From an uncultured Clostridia bacterium (lineage in GTDB: Bacteria; Bacillota; Clostridia; TANB77; CAG-508): a stretch of 64,000 bases of DNA. Position 1 is the first letter of the stretch. Each line of letters opens with the position of its first letter. The notes below the pieces were generated by a model. That model had not been told where the DNA came from. It saw nothing but the letters and a program-made list of their open reading frames with translations, and searched no databases. The stretch is from the NCBI GenBank assembly GCA_948735595.1, contig CAPXSA010000028.1:14397-78396 (forward strand), given 5' to 3'. Shown piece by piece: positions 26,884 to 36,106 of the stretch. Both the position numbers and the translations under genes were made by a program.

Positions 26884-27807
26884 ATGGAAGAAAATAAATT
26901 AGCAATTCAAAATGAATTCATCAATGAAGATATAAAAAATTTAATATATACAATAAGAAATAAGCAAGTAATGTTAGACAGTGATGTAGCAATGTTATAT
27001 CATTATGAAACTAAAAAAGTTAATCAAGCAGTAAAGAGAAATATAGATAGATTTCCAGAAAGATTTTGTTTTAAATTATCTAAGAATGAGTTTGAAGTTT
27101 TGAGGTCACAAATTGTGACCTCAAAAATAGAAAACTATGATAAAGAAGAAAGACGTGGAGGAAGGAGAGATTTGCCTTATGTATTTACAGAACAAGGAAT
27201 AGCTATGTTATCAGGTTTATTAAAAAATGAAATTGCAGTACAAGTTAGCATTAAAATAATGGATGCATTTGTGGAAATGAGAAAATTTATAAATACTAAT
27301 AAAAATTTATTTGAAAAAGTCATTACTATTGAAAATAAAATGGATAAAAAGTTTATTGAACAAGATAAGAAATTCGATATAATATTTGATCAATTACAAC
27401 TTGACGAGAATATCAAGCAAAGAATATTTTTTGATGGTCAAATATATGATGCATATAGCATCATTGTAGACATTATAAAAAGAGCAAATATCAAGATTTT
27501 GATTATAGACAATTATATTGATGATAGTGTTTTAAAAATGTTAGCCAAAAAGAAAAGCAATACCGAAGTTATTATTTTAACATCTAATAAAAGTAATATT
27601 GAAAATTTAGATGTTAAAAAATTCAACAAAGAATATCCTGTCTTGAAAGTTGCTAAAACAAATAAATTTCATGATAGGTTTATTATTATAGACAACAAAG
27701 AAATGTATCATTTAGGTGCTTCTATAAAAGATTTAGGAAAGAAGTGCTTTGGAATTAATAAAATAGAAGATATAGAGATTATAGAAAAAATTATCAATTC
27801 GTTTTAG
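26884..27807 (+). CDS. ORF6N (KilA-N-like) DNA-binding domain protein with a C-terminal PLD-like domain
   Basis: The N-terminus IRNKQVMLDSDVAMLYHYETKKVNQAVKRNIDRFPERFCFKLS is typical of ORF6N. The C-terminus KFHDRFIIIDNKEMYHLGASIKDLGKK resembles a degenerate HxK(x)4D motif, with Arg in place of Lys. Confidence 0.75.
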   Translation: MEENKLAIQNEFINEDIKNLIYTIRNKQVMLDSDVAMLYHYETKKVNQAVKRNIDRFPERFCFKLSKNEFEVLRSQIVTSKIENYDKEERRGGRRDLPYVFTEQGIAMLSGLLKNEIAVQVSIKIMDAFVEMRKFINTNKNLFEKVITIENKMDKKFIEQDKKFDIIFDQLQLDENIKQRIFFDGQIYDAYSIIVDIIKRANIKILIIDNYIDDSVLKMLAKKKSNTEVIILTSNKSNIENLDVKKFNKEYPVLKVAKTNKFHDRFIIIDNKEMYHLGASIKDLGKKCFGINKIEDIEIIEKIINSF

Positions 27808-27955
27808 AGTACATAAGTGAAAATATGAAAAATTGACTTTTTATGTAAAATAAAGTATAATATAAATAGATTAAGTGCTAAATGCCTTTATCTAGTAAAC
27901 CTCGCGTTTACTGTTACACCTGTCAACTTAGTAAAAATTTTTGGAGGTAAGAAAA

Positions 27956-28210
27956 ATGGAAAATATGGGTATCCAGAAACTGACAGAAGAGTTGCAAAGA
28001 CTCAATCCAAACATCGATGTTTGCTTCAAAGCAGACACATACCCCGCAATCATCATCGTAGGGTGCTCTGACTGTGCTCAGCTTAATCTTCCAGCAGGAT
28101 ACTACTGCAATGATAAGAACGGGCTGACAAACAAGCACAATACCACATCTGGTCAGTATGAAAGTTTTGAGCTGATGACCAGATACGAATACCTTGCAAT
28201 GCTGGCGTAA
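27956..28210 (+). CDS. Hypothetical protein (84 aa) in a GC-rich patch
   Basis: GGAGG lies 8 nt upstream of ATG 27956. Composition is far more GC-rich than the flanking DNA. A 10 bp-stem terminator follows. Confidence 0.6.
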   Translation: MENMGIQKLTEELQRLNPNIDVCFKADTYPAIIIVGCSDCAQLNLPAGYYCNDKNGLTNKHNTTSGQYESFELMTRYEYLAMLA

Positions 28211-28216
28211 CAGTCT

Positions 28217-28250
28217 GTCCCCATTGTTTTTTAATCAATGGGGACTTTTC
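28217..28250 (+). terminator. Rho-independent terminator
   Basis: Stem GTCCCCATTG/CAATGGGGAC followed by TTTT. Confidence 0.75.
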
Positions 28251-28383
28251 CATTATAACTATTATGATATGAATATACAAAAAATTTATATTATTATTGC
28301 AATGTTATAATAAGTTGTGTATAATTAATTCATAATTAAGAAAGAGAATAAAAAGTTCGTAACCTGTAAGAAAACTGCACCAA

Positions 28384-28412
28384 AAAACACCACTAGTTTA
28401 AAGTGGTGTTTT
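28384..28412 (-). terminator. Terminator of the vanW-like gene
   Basis: 11 bp stem AAAACACCACT/AGTGGTGTTTT flanked by A/T runs. Confidence 0.7.
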
Positions 28413-28419
28413 ATTAATT

Positions 28420-30501
28420 TTATTGAACTACTTTCGTTCCCTTTCTCACAATTCTCTCTTGCGGACTATATGTATCTTTTGATAATAATGTTTGAGAAAT
28501 AATTTTTCCATTATGTTTTACAATTTTATATCCTTCACTTCTACATCCATTAAACCCTATTTGCTCTACAACTTCTTTTCCTACTTCTAAAGTAGGGTCT
28601 TCTTTATAAGTTGTGGTCTTATTAATATAAGAAGTTATTTTAGACTGTAAAATAATTTCATATTCTACTTTTTCTTTAATTCCATACATGCTGATTTTAC
28701 AAACTCCATTTTGGGCAGTAGCTACAATTTTAATTGGATAAGTCCTTGTATTTTTAAAACAAAAATCTAAACTGCCATAATATACGGTGGCATCTCTGCT
28801 TGCTGCTACATAATCAACTGTAAAAGTATGGTTAGTTCTTTCTGTAATATCTAAGTTGGCAAGTAATGCTGTATTATATAATGTGGAAGATACTTGGCAT
28901 ACTCCGCCTCCTATACTTGGCACTACTTTTCCTGAAATATAGGCAGTTCCCTCTTTCCACCCTGCTTCTATTGTTCTAGAACCTACTGTTTTGTTATATG
29001 AGAAGGTTTCCCCCGGCATAATTACTGTTCCATTGATTTTCTTAGTTGCTAGTTCTACATTGTATGCTCTGTTAATAGCGCTTGCATCATAAATCGTTGA
29101 AAAGGATGCAATTTGGTCTGGAAATGCCTCTTCTCCTAAATCTGATAATTTTTTCTTTGGAGCCGTTATCTTAAGTGGAATTTCATATTCTTCCTTCTCT
29201 TCTTGTATTAACTTTTTTGCTTCTTCCATTGAAATTCCAAAATCCACTCCATTTTCTTCAACATGTACTTTGGTTGGATTCTTCTCTACATAAGCATCTT
29301 TTGGCTCTTTGTAAATTTCATTTCTAATTTTCTCTAAATCAATTTTACTTGGAACCTTTTTATCTACTGGTATTTCAATTTCTTTGTAAGGATTATGGAT
29401 GTCCTCTAATTGTTCAATAATCTGATTTTGTAATTGCTCTTTTCTAATCACATATCCTTCTTTTCCATTTACAACTATTAGTTTCTTTCCTTCTATATAG
29501 TAACTGTATTCTACTACGGCATCTTTCATTTTTGAATTAATATCATTAAGCGTCGTTTTCATAAATTCTTCATCCCAATGAAGCTGTGCTTCTATTTCTC
29601 TTGGAAAAAGTTTAAGCCATAAAATTTCATAGTTATTTGCAATAATATTTCCGCCTCTGCCTACATTATATGCCTTTGCCACAGCACTGTCTACATCGAA
29701 TTTTGCATTAAACGTATTGGCATTTACACTTACTTCAGAATCTCCATGTTTTAGTACTAAACTTTCTTTGTCATTTGAAAATTTTTGATTAATAGCATCA
29801 TTTATTCTTTGTTTTGCTTCATCCGCAGTTAAATTGCTTACATCAATTCCTAAAATAGAAATCCCCTTTAAAATTTTATTATTAATATTAGTTAAAGCAA
29901 AAATAACAGAAAATATCCCTATAACTATTATTGCTGCAATAATACTAAGAGCAATAGCAATTCCTTTTTTACCACCTTTTGTTTTGTTTTCTACTTTTAC
30001 AAACTGTTGTGGATTTTCTTCTTCGCTTTCTGTCTTTTCTACCTCTTCTTTTTTGGTATCTATTTGTTCTTTAAAATTATTTTCAACTTTTACTTGATTT
30101 TCCATTTTTTCTTGCTTCTCTTCTTTTTCAGGTAAAAGTTCTTTTTTTTCTTCCATTAAATTTACAACTTCTTGTATTCTTTGTTTTGCATTATCAGTTT
30201 CTTTTTTGTTAGTTTCATTTTTTATATTTTCCTTTTTAGGCTTTTCATTCTCTCTTTTAGTAGACTTTTTATTTCCTTCTTTTTTGCTTTTTGTTGTTGT
30301 CTTTTTCTTCTCTTTTTCTTCTTCTCCATTTACTTCTTTTTTAGCAGCTTTTTTACTATTCTTTTTAGGCTTTTCCTCTTTTTGTACTTCTTTTTCTTTC
30401 ACTTTTTCTTGTGTTTTTTCTTCTTGGTTTTCTACCTTTTCCTCTGCTACTTCCTTTGAGACTGTAATCTCTTCAGTCTTTTTGTTTTCTTCGTCTTCCA
30501 T
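28420..30501 (-). CDS. VanW-family protein with a K/E-rich disordered N-terminus, one TM helix and a G5-like C-terminus
   Basis: TM segment is GIAIALSIIAAIIVIGIFSVIFAL. The VanW core is GGGVCQVSSTLYNTALLANL. The C-terminal YSPQERIVRKGTK is G5-like. Confidence 0.8.
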   Translation of the reverse strand: MEDEENKKTEEITVSKEVAEEKVENQEEKTQEKVKEKEVQKEEKPKKNSKKAAKKEVNGEEEKEKKKTTTKSKKEGNKKSTKRENEKPKKENIKNETNKKETDNAKQRIQEVVNLMEEKKELLPEKEEKQEKMENQVKVENNFKEQIDTKKEEVEKTESEEENPQQFVKVENKTKGGKKGIAIALSIIAAIIVIGIFSVIFALTNINNKILKGISILGIDVSNLTADEAKQRINDAINQKFSNDKESLVLKHGDSEVSVNANTFNAKFDVDSAVAKAYNVGRGGNIIANNYEILWLKLFPREIEAQLHWDEEFMKTTLNDINSKMKDAVVEYSYYIEGKKLIVVNGKEGYVIRKEQLQNQIIEQLEDIHNPYKEIEIPVDKKVPSKIDLEKIRNEIYKEPKDAYVEKNPTKVHVEENGVDFGISMEEAKKLIQEEKEEYEIPLKITAPKKKLSDLGEEAFPDQIASFSTIYDASAINRAYNVELATKKINGTVIMPGETFSYNKTVGSRTIEAGWKEGTAYISGKVVPSIGGGVCQVSSTLYNTALLANLDITERTNHTFTVDYVAASRDATVYYGSLDFCFKNTRTYPIKIVATAQNGVCKISMYGIKEKVEYEIILQSKITSYINKTTTYKEDPTLEVGKEVVEQIGFNGCRSEGYKIVKHNGKIISQTLLSKDTYSPQERIVRKGTKVVQ

Positions 30502-30601
30502 ATTTTTTCTCCCTTAAATAAGTATATACTCTCTTATAAAATAATATACCATAGTTATTTTATATTTACAATAAGAATTCTCGGATATTTTGTCAGATTT
30601 T

Positions 30602-30690
30602 AGAAAATTTTCTTGAATGGCACTAGACATTTTTTTTCTTTTTTAATATAATTATTTTAGCTCTAGGAAATTGCATTTGAAAATGCAATT
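30602..30690. promoter_or_regulatory. Candidate operators upstream of the S24-type repressor gene
   Basis: AGAAAATTTTCT is a 12 bp perfect palindrome (30602-30613). Partial copies TTAGAAAATTTT lie at 30739 and 30763. AATTGCATTT-GA-AAATGCAATT is a perfect 10 bp-arm inverted repeat (30669-30690). Confidence 0.5.
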
Positions 30691-30793
30691 GACGTAGAGA
30701 TAAATTATGCAAAACTTAGATTTTCTTGCAATTTATTGCTTAGAAAATTTTAGTTTTGTTAGTTTAGAAAATTTTGGAAAAGAGGGATATGTT

Positions 30794-31384
30794 ATGTTAG
30801 GACATATGATAGCTCATATTCGTAAAGACAAAAAATTAACAAAGGCTAGTATTTCTAAGGGAACTAATATCAATACAGGACATTTAACACATATTGAAAA
30901 AGGAGAAAGAAATCCTAGTCATAAAGTACTTAAAAGTATGTGCAAAACAATGGGTATTCCTTATAGACCTTTAATGTACACTTATGATAAAGAAATTACA
31001 GAAGAACAAGAAAGTTATAAAATAGAGAGTCACATTGCCTATGATAAAATTCCTGCGATAGATTTACTTGGAAATTTTATTGAATGTCCTATTTCTAGCC
31101 CCGGAGCTTGTGTAGCTGTTAAAATGAATGATACTTCTATGGAGCCTAAAATAAAAAAAGATGCTTATGCTTATGTCGAATTTAATACTCCATTAGATAA
31201 CAAAGATATTGGACTATTCTATTATCAAAATCAATATCTCATTCGTAGATTCATCGTTCGTAAAGATGGAATTGCCTTAAGGTCTGAAAATAGGGCAGAT
31301 ATTCCTGATATTTGCTTAGATCCCAAAGATACTTTCTACATTGTTGGCAAGGTCGTTGGAACCACTGATACAGCTAGTTTATAA
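30794..31384 (+). CDS. XRE-type HTH / S24 (LexA-like) peptidase-domain repressor
   Basis: Start at ATG 30794, after AGAGGGA. The HTH is LTKASISKGTNINTGHLTHIEKGERNPS. The C-terminal VKMNDTSMEPKIKKDAYAYV resembles the S24 GDSMEP region. Confidence 0.75.
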   Translation: MLGHMIAHIRKDKKLTKASISKGTNINTGHLTHIEKGERNPSHKVLKSMCKTMGIPYRPLMYTYDKEITEEQESYKIESHIAYDKIPAIDLLGNFIECPISSPGACVAVKMNDTSMEPKIKKDAYAYVEFNTPLDNKDIGLFYYQNQYLIRRFIVRKDGIALRSENRADIPDICLDPKDTFYIVGKVVGTTDTASL

Positions 31385-31517
31385 TCAAAAGTACGAAATT
31401 ATTATTTCTTTTTTATAAGATATTTTTAGTTTTTTTGTCAGAAATACTTGAATAATCTATTTTTTAATATTATAATATCAAAATAGATGAACAAGAGATA
31501 AATAAGGAGAAAATTAA

Positions 31518-31979
31518 ATGGAATTAGTAAAGAATATTTTCTTTAATACAGATAAATTGGTTGAAAATACAAAGGTAAAAATTTCTTATGCAGGTAATCT
31601 TTTTCAAGATGAATCAGAAGAAGTCTTTATTCATTATGGCTTTGGTCTAGAATGGAATGACTTAGGTGAAGTAAAAATGGAAAAAACAGAACTTGGTTTT
31701 CAAGCCGAAATAGAATTACTTTCTAGCGAAACTTTTAACTTTTGTTTTAAAAATGAAAAAGGTGAGTGGGATAATAACGACGGTCAAAATTATATATTCC
31801 CAATTGAAAAAGTAGAACTTGCTTTAGTTGCACAAGAGGAAACTACTTTAGATGCTCCTAGAAAATTAAGAAAGTCATATATTTGGAGTAAAAAAATACG
31901 CTTAGCAATTTATAAAGTAATTACTTATCTTCCTAAATTAATTTCAGGAAATTATAAAAGAAAAATCTCAAATGAATAA
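31518..31979 (+). CDS. Hypothetical protein, possibly a carbohydrate-binding-module-like beta-sandwich
   Basis: AAGGAGA RBS. WDNNDGQNY is reminiscent of starch-binding CBMs. The functional assignment is weak. Confidence 0.55.
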   Translation: MELVKNIFFNTDKLVENTKVKISYAGNLFQDESEEVFIHYGFGLEWNDLGEVKMEKTELGFQAEIELLSSETFNFCFKNEKGEWDNNDGQNYIFPIEKVELALVAQEETTLDAPRKLRKSYIWSKKIRLAIYKVITYLPKLISGNYKRKISNE

Positions 31980-31984
31980 TCAAT

Positions 31985-32009
31985 AAAATCTCGGCTGAGC
32001 CGAGATTTT
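31985..32009. terminator. Bidirectional terminator
   Basis: 11 bp stem AAAATCTCGGC/GCCGAGATTTT with a 3 nt loop. Confidence 0.8.
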
Positions 32010-32022
32010 CGTTTTTCTATTC

Positions 32023-32778
32023 TTAAATATACCAACCACCATTTACTGAAATAACTTGACCAGTGGTATATTCATCTTCAATTAACCATTTTACACATTT
32101 TGCAATATCGCTTGCTTTTCCTATACTTTCAAGTGGAATCTCTTGTTTCAACTCTTCCCATTCTTCTTGTGTTACATTCTTATTCATATCTGTATCAATT
32201 GCCCCCGGAGCAATACTATTTACTCTAATATGTGTTGGTCCAAGTTCCTTTGCTAATGCTTTTGTCATACCATCTATTCCTGCTTTTGCCACACTATAAT
32301 GAACTTCACAAGAACCACCTGTTACACCCCATATAGATGAAATATTAATAATGGTTCCTTCTTGATTAGCTATCATATAAGGAACTGCCTCTTGAGTACA
32401 ATAAAATACTGAATTCAAATTTGTTTGTATCATTGTATTCCAATCATTATCTGTTATTTGAGTAAATAGCTTTTCTTGTGCTATTCCTGCATTATTAATT
32501 AATACATCTATTTTCTTATATTTCTCTATTACAAATTGAATTAAACCTTTTACTTCTTCTCTTTTCGATACATCTGCTTTAAAAATATCTATTTCTTTTC
32601 CTTGCTGCTTTAGTTCTTGCTTAACATTTTCTGCTGCTTCTTTGGATTGATTATAATTTAATATTACATGATATCCTTCATTTGCAAGTAATTTCACAAT
32701 TGCAACTCCAATCCCTCTTGAGCCACCTGTTACTACTATCACTTTATTTTGTATATTTTTTTCTCTGTTTTCTTCCAT
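32023..32778 (-). CDS. Short-chain dehydrogenase/reductase, FabG-like 3-oxoacyl-ACP reductase
   Basis: TGGSRGIG cofactor motif, NNAG, and the catalytic YSVAKAG (YxxxK). Confidence 0.8.
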   Translation of the reverse strand: MEENREKNIQNKVIVVTGGSRGIGVAIVKLLANEGYHVILNYNQSKEAAENVKQELKQQGKEIDIFKADVSKREEVKGLIQFVIEKYKKIDVLINNAGIAQEKLFTQITDNDWNTMIQTNLNSVFYCTQEAVPYMIANQEGTIINISSIWGVTGGSCEVHYSVAKAGIDGMTKALAKELGPTHIRVNSIAPGAIDTDMNKNVTQEEWEELKQEIPLESIGKASDIAKCVKWLIEDEYTTGQVISVNGGWYI

Positions 32779-33036
32779 AATTCATATTCGCTCCTTTATA
32801 TGTACTTGTTAATGAATGGCAATTGAGGCAATTCATCTATAAACTCCTTGTTTTGTATAAATTACAATTTTGTCTTTCCTAGATACTCAAAAATACAAAC
32901 TAACAAAATCTTAAAAGCTTTGCTTTTTAGATTTTGTAACGTTTCGCATAATTGAGTTCTACGTCAAGCGCTACACAGCGCTTTCCTAGAACTCAAAAAA
33001 CTAGACAAGTTATACAACAAGCCTAGTTTTAAGTAA

Positions 33037-33112
<76 letters not shown>

Positions 33113-33117
33113 ATATT

Positions 33118-33192
33118 TGGTGACCCCGACGGGAATCGAACCCATGTCTCCGCCGTGAAAGGGCGATGTCTTAACCGCTTGACCACGGGGCC
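33118..33192 (-). tRNA. tRNA-Glu (anticodon TTC)
   Basis: The reverse complement is ggccccg...tcgcc-ctTTCac-ggcgg...ttcgatt...cggggtc-A-CCA. Confidence 0.85.
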
Positions 33193-33244
33193 ATAATTAA
33201 AGTTTTTGCTAGGATTTAAGTTGCTAACGGCTTAAATCCTAGTT

Positions 33245-33320
33245 TGGTGAGCCATCGCGGACTCGAACCGCGGACAACTTGATTAAAAGTCAAGTGCTCT
33301 ACCACCTGAGCTAATGACCC
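33245..33320 (-). tRNA. tRNA-Lys (anticodon TTT)
   Basis: The reverse complement folds as gggtcat, then ta, D arm gctc-aggtggta-gagc, then a, anticodon arm cttga-ctTTTaa-tcaag, variable loop ttgtc, T arm cgcgg-ttcgagt-ccgcg, acceptor atggctc, then A-CCA. Confidence 0.9.
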
Positions 33321-33361
33321 AAGTTTAAAGCCGGTTAACATTTCATGTTAGCACAGGCTCT

Positions 33362-33390
33362 ATTGTAAACCATTTTTTTAAATTTGTCAA
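33362..33390 (-). promoter_or_regulatory. Promoter of the tRNA Lys-Glu-Thr operon
   Basis: On the - strand: TTGACA, 17 nt spacer, TACAAT. Confidence 0.65.
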
Positions 33391-33471
33391 TATAATTTTC
33401 TATTTTTTGTCATACTTTTGCAATTTTTCTCTTATTTTCTATCAAAACATTGACATTTCTATTCAAACTTC

Positions 33472-33657
33472 TTATGCATTTAACTCTTTTATTAATTCTT
33501 CTACATCAATACCATGTACTTCACAAGCCTCTTCAATTGTTTCTGCTTGTGATGTTGGGCAACCTAAGCAATGCATACCTGCGTTTAATAATATATCAGC
33601 TTTCTCTGGGGCTATTTCTAATAACTTTCCAATGGTCATATCTTTATTAATTTCCAT
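33472..33657 (-). CDS. DUF1858-type small redox/disulfide protein
   Basis: TIGKLLEIAPEKADILLNAGMHCLGCPTSQAETIEEAC matches my memory of the DUF1858 family, which is associated with hybrid cluster proteins. Confidence 0.75.
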   Translation of the reverse strand: MEINKDMTIGKLLEIAPEKADILLNAGMHCLGCPTSQAETIEEACEVHGIDVEELIKELNA

Positions 33658-33930
33658 CTATAATTCTCCCTTCTTTTTATTATCAACTTTTTATATTCTA
33701 TCACATTTTTTTCAAAAAGTATAGACAAACCTACTTTTTTGTTGTAGAATGCTTTTACTGGAAGGAGTGATGTACTATAAAATTAGTTGATTATTTCTTT
33801 ATCCTTCTTATTATAAATTCTTTCATCTTTTTTTATTCAATATATACTTTTTTCGAGATGAAAATTTTCCATAATAAACAAGGTTCAAAATTAAACATTA
33901 AAATGCACTCTATGAATAGGAGGTGATTTT

Positions 33931-35683
33931 ATACTGAAACGTATCCTTTTTACCTTTTTTGTCATTGTTTTCCTTTGTTTTATTGGCTATTCTACTTTTC
34001 TTCCTTTATACACTTCTTCACAGGTCATCATTGATTATGGAATACAACCACTTGACATTTGCCTAGAACAACCCATACTTTGGAAATACTGTAAATATTG
34101 GTTTGCTTTCACTTATGTTTTTACCTCTTTCTTTATAGCCAATTCTATTTTTCACTTACTTTGCAAAATTCCCTTTTACACTTCTAAAAAGCCTTCCAAA
34201 AGTAAATGTTCCATTATGCCAAAGAATAATTCTTCTTATTCATTTATCGAAAAAACTCTCCCTTCTCAAAAGTTGGAATTACTAATTCGGTGAAACCGAA
34301 AAAACAAAGGAGTTCATTTATTTACCAGAAAAAAGTTTATATCAAAACATTTTAATTACAGGAACCATAGGAACAGGCAAAACAAGTAGTGCCATGTATC
34401 CCTTTACTAAGCAACTTATTGGCTACTCTCATCAAAATTCAGAACACAAACTAGGTATGTTAGTATTAGATGTAAAAGGAAATTATTATCAAAAAGTGTT
34501 AGAATTTGCGAAAGAATATCATAGATTACAAGATATTATTGTTATCGAGCTTGGTGGAAGCTATCATTATAATCCTCTACATAAGCCAAACTTAAAACCA
34601 ACTATTTTAGCCAATCGTTTAAAAACTATTTTATTATTATTTTCCAAAAATAACTCCGAAACTTACTGGCTAGATGAAGCTGAAAAGGTTTTGGCAGAAG
34701 CTATTAAACTTTGTCGTCTGTATAACAATAACTATGTTACATTTGAGGAATTACATAAATTAGTTACTCAGCCCACTTATTATTTAGAAAAAATCACTTT
34801 ACTTCGTGAAAAATTTATTCAAAATACTTTTTCTCAAAACGAAGTATATGACTTACTTTCCAGTATTACCTTTTTCGAAAAAGAATTTTTAGGCTTAGAC
34901 AATAGAACTTTATCCATTCTAAAATCTGAAATTACTCGTATCACCAATTGCTTTATTTCTGATTACGAAGTCTTAAAGACCTTTAATCCTGCCCAGACAG
35001 AATTAAACTTCCTTGGTTTTGAAGAAGTATTGTCACAAGGCAAAATTGTAGTACTTAACATGAATATTAGTGAATATAGCAATTTGTCAAAAATCATTGC
35101 GGCTTATTTAAAACTAGATTTTCAAACAGAAGTAATGGCAAGACTTTCTAAATATCCTACTAATAAACTTCGTAGTGTTTGCTTTATCTCTGACGAATAT
35201 TCTGAATACTGTACTGAAACAGACGCCAACTTTTTCGCACAAAGTAGAGAGGCAAAGTGTATCAACATTGTAGCTACACAAAGTTATACTTCCCTGTTAA
35301 ATACTTTACATGAACAGTCTACTGTAAACGTAATTACTCAAAATTTGATTAATAAATTGTGGTTTCGTAGTGATGATTTATGGACAATTGAAAGTGCTCA
35401 AAAGCAAATAGGTAAAGAAGATAAAGAAAAGATTTCTAAAGGAATTACTGAAAATGCAAAAGAAACATTTTTCAATTACTTTACAGATTCTTTGAACTCT
35501 AAAAATTCTAGTATTTCAGAAACAATTAGCACTTATATGCATTCTGATTTCATTTATGACACTAACTTTTTTACGCAATCTCTAGAAAATTTTACTTGCC
35601 TATCGTTTTTATCTGATGGAACCAAAATTATACCACCTCAGAAATTGCATTTATTTCCCGACTTTATTCCTAGTTCTAAATAA
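33931..35683 (+). pseudogene. Type IV coupling protein (VirD4/TraG-like), apparently inactivated by a non-canonical ATA at the start position and one frameshift
   Basis: AGGAGG (33918-33923) is followed 7 nt later by ATA CTG AAA. There is no ATG/GTG/TTG at that position. The frame-1 ORF encodes two TM helices and ends at TGA 34291-34293. The Walker A ITGTIGTGKTSS continues in frame 2, which is open from 34286. Walker B is CFISDEY. Confidence 0.7.
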
Positions 35684-35731
35684 TTAGTATTGATTGTCCC
35701 CAAATTTTAATATATCTAAGGAGGTTTTTCT

Positions 35732-36094
35732 ATGTTTTCTAAAAAAACATTTCACTCTATTTCTTTTTTTAAATATTTCGTTATCATTTCATTTGTTTTA
35801 CTATTTATTCTTTCCCTACCTACTACTGTACAAGCTGGCCTATTTGATGGTACTCCTGCTTTAGTTGATAAACTAAATTCTGCATTTGAAAAAATTGAAG
35901 ACTGGCTGTTAAAATTAGCAACACCTGCTGCGGCTGTTGCAGTAGCAGTAGGAGTATTTATGAAAAAATTTAGTTTTGGAGATGAAGAAAGAATTAGAAC
36001 TGCAAAGAAAATTATTCGTGGAAGTTTATTTTCTTATGGCTTTATTCTCGTCCTCAATTTAATTCTATCTGCTATTAAAAGTTTATTAACTTAA
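35732..36094 (+). CDS. TrbC/VirB2-like T4SS pilin-type protein
   Basis: GGAGG RBS. It has a signal peptide, two hydrophobic segments separated by a basic loop, and is about 120 aa. Confidence 0.65.
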   Translation: MFSKKTFHSISFFKYFVIISFVLLFILSLPTTVQAGLFDGTPALVDKLNSAFEKIEDWLLKLATPAAAVAVAVGVFMKKFSFGDEERIRTAKKIIRGSLFSYGFILVLNLILSAIKSLLT

Positions 36095-36106
36095 GGAGGC
36101 TTATTT

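Larger units (their letters stand above)
23990..28260 (+). mobile_element. Probable second integrated module built around a large serine recombinase; boundaries uncertain
   Basis: It holds the recombinase gene, small unknown ORFs, an ORF6N/PLD-like gene and a patch of much higher GC (27.9-28.26 kb). It lies between the tRNA terminator and the terminator of the vanW-like gene. I identified no att repeats. Confidence 0.45.

Noticed and set aside
30172-30517. Two + strand F/L/S-rich ORFs (95 and 103 aa).
   Set aside because: They are antisense shadows of the K/E-rich N-terminus of the vanW-like gene (28420-30501, - strand).
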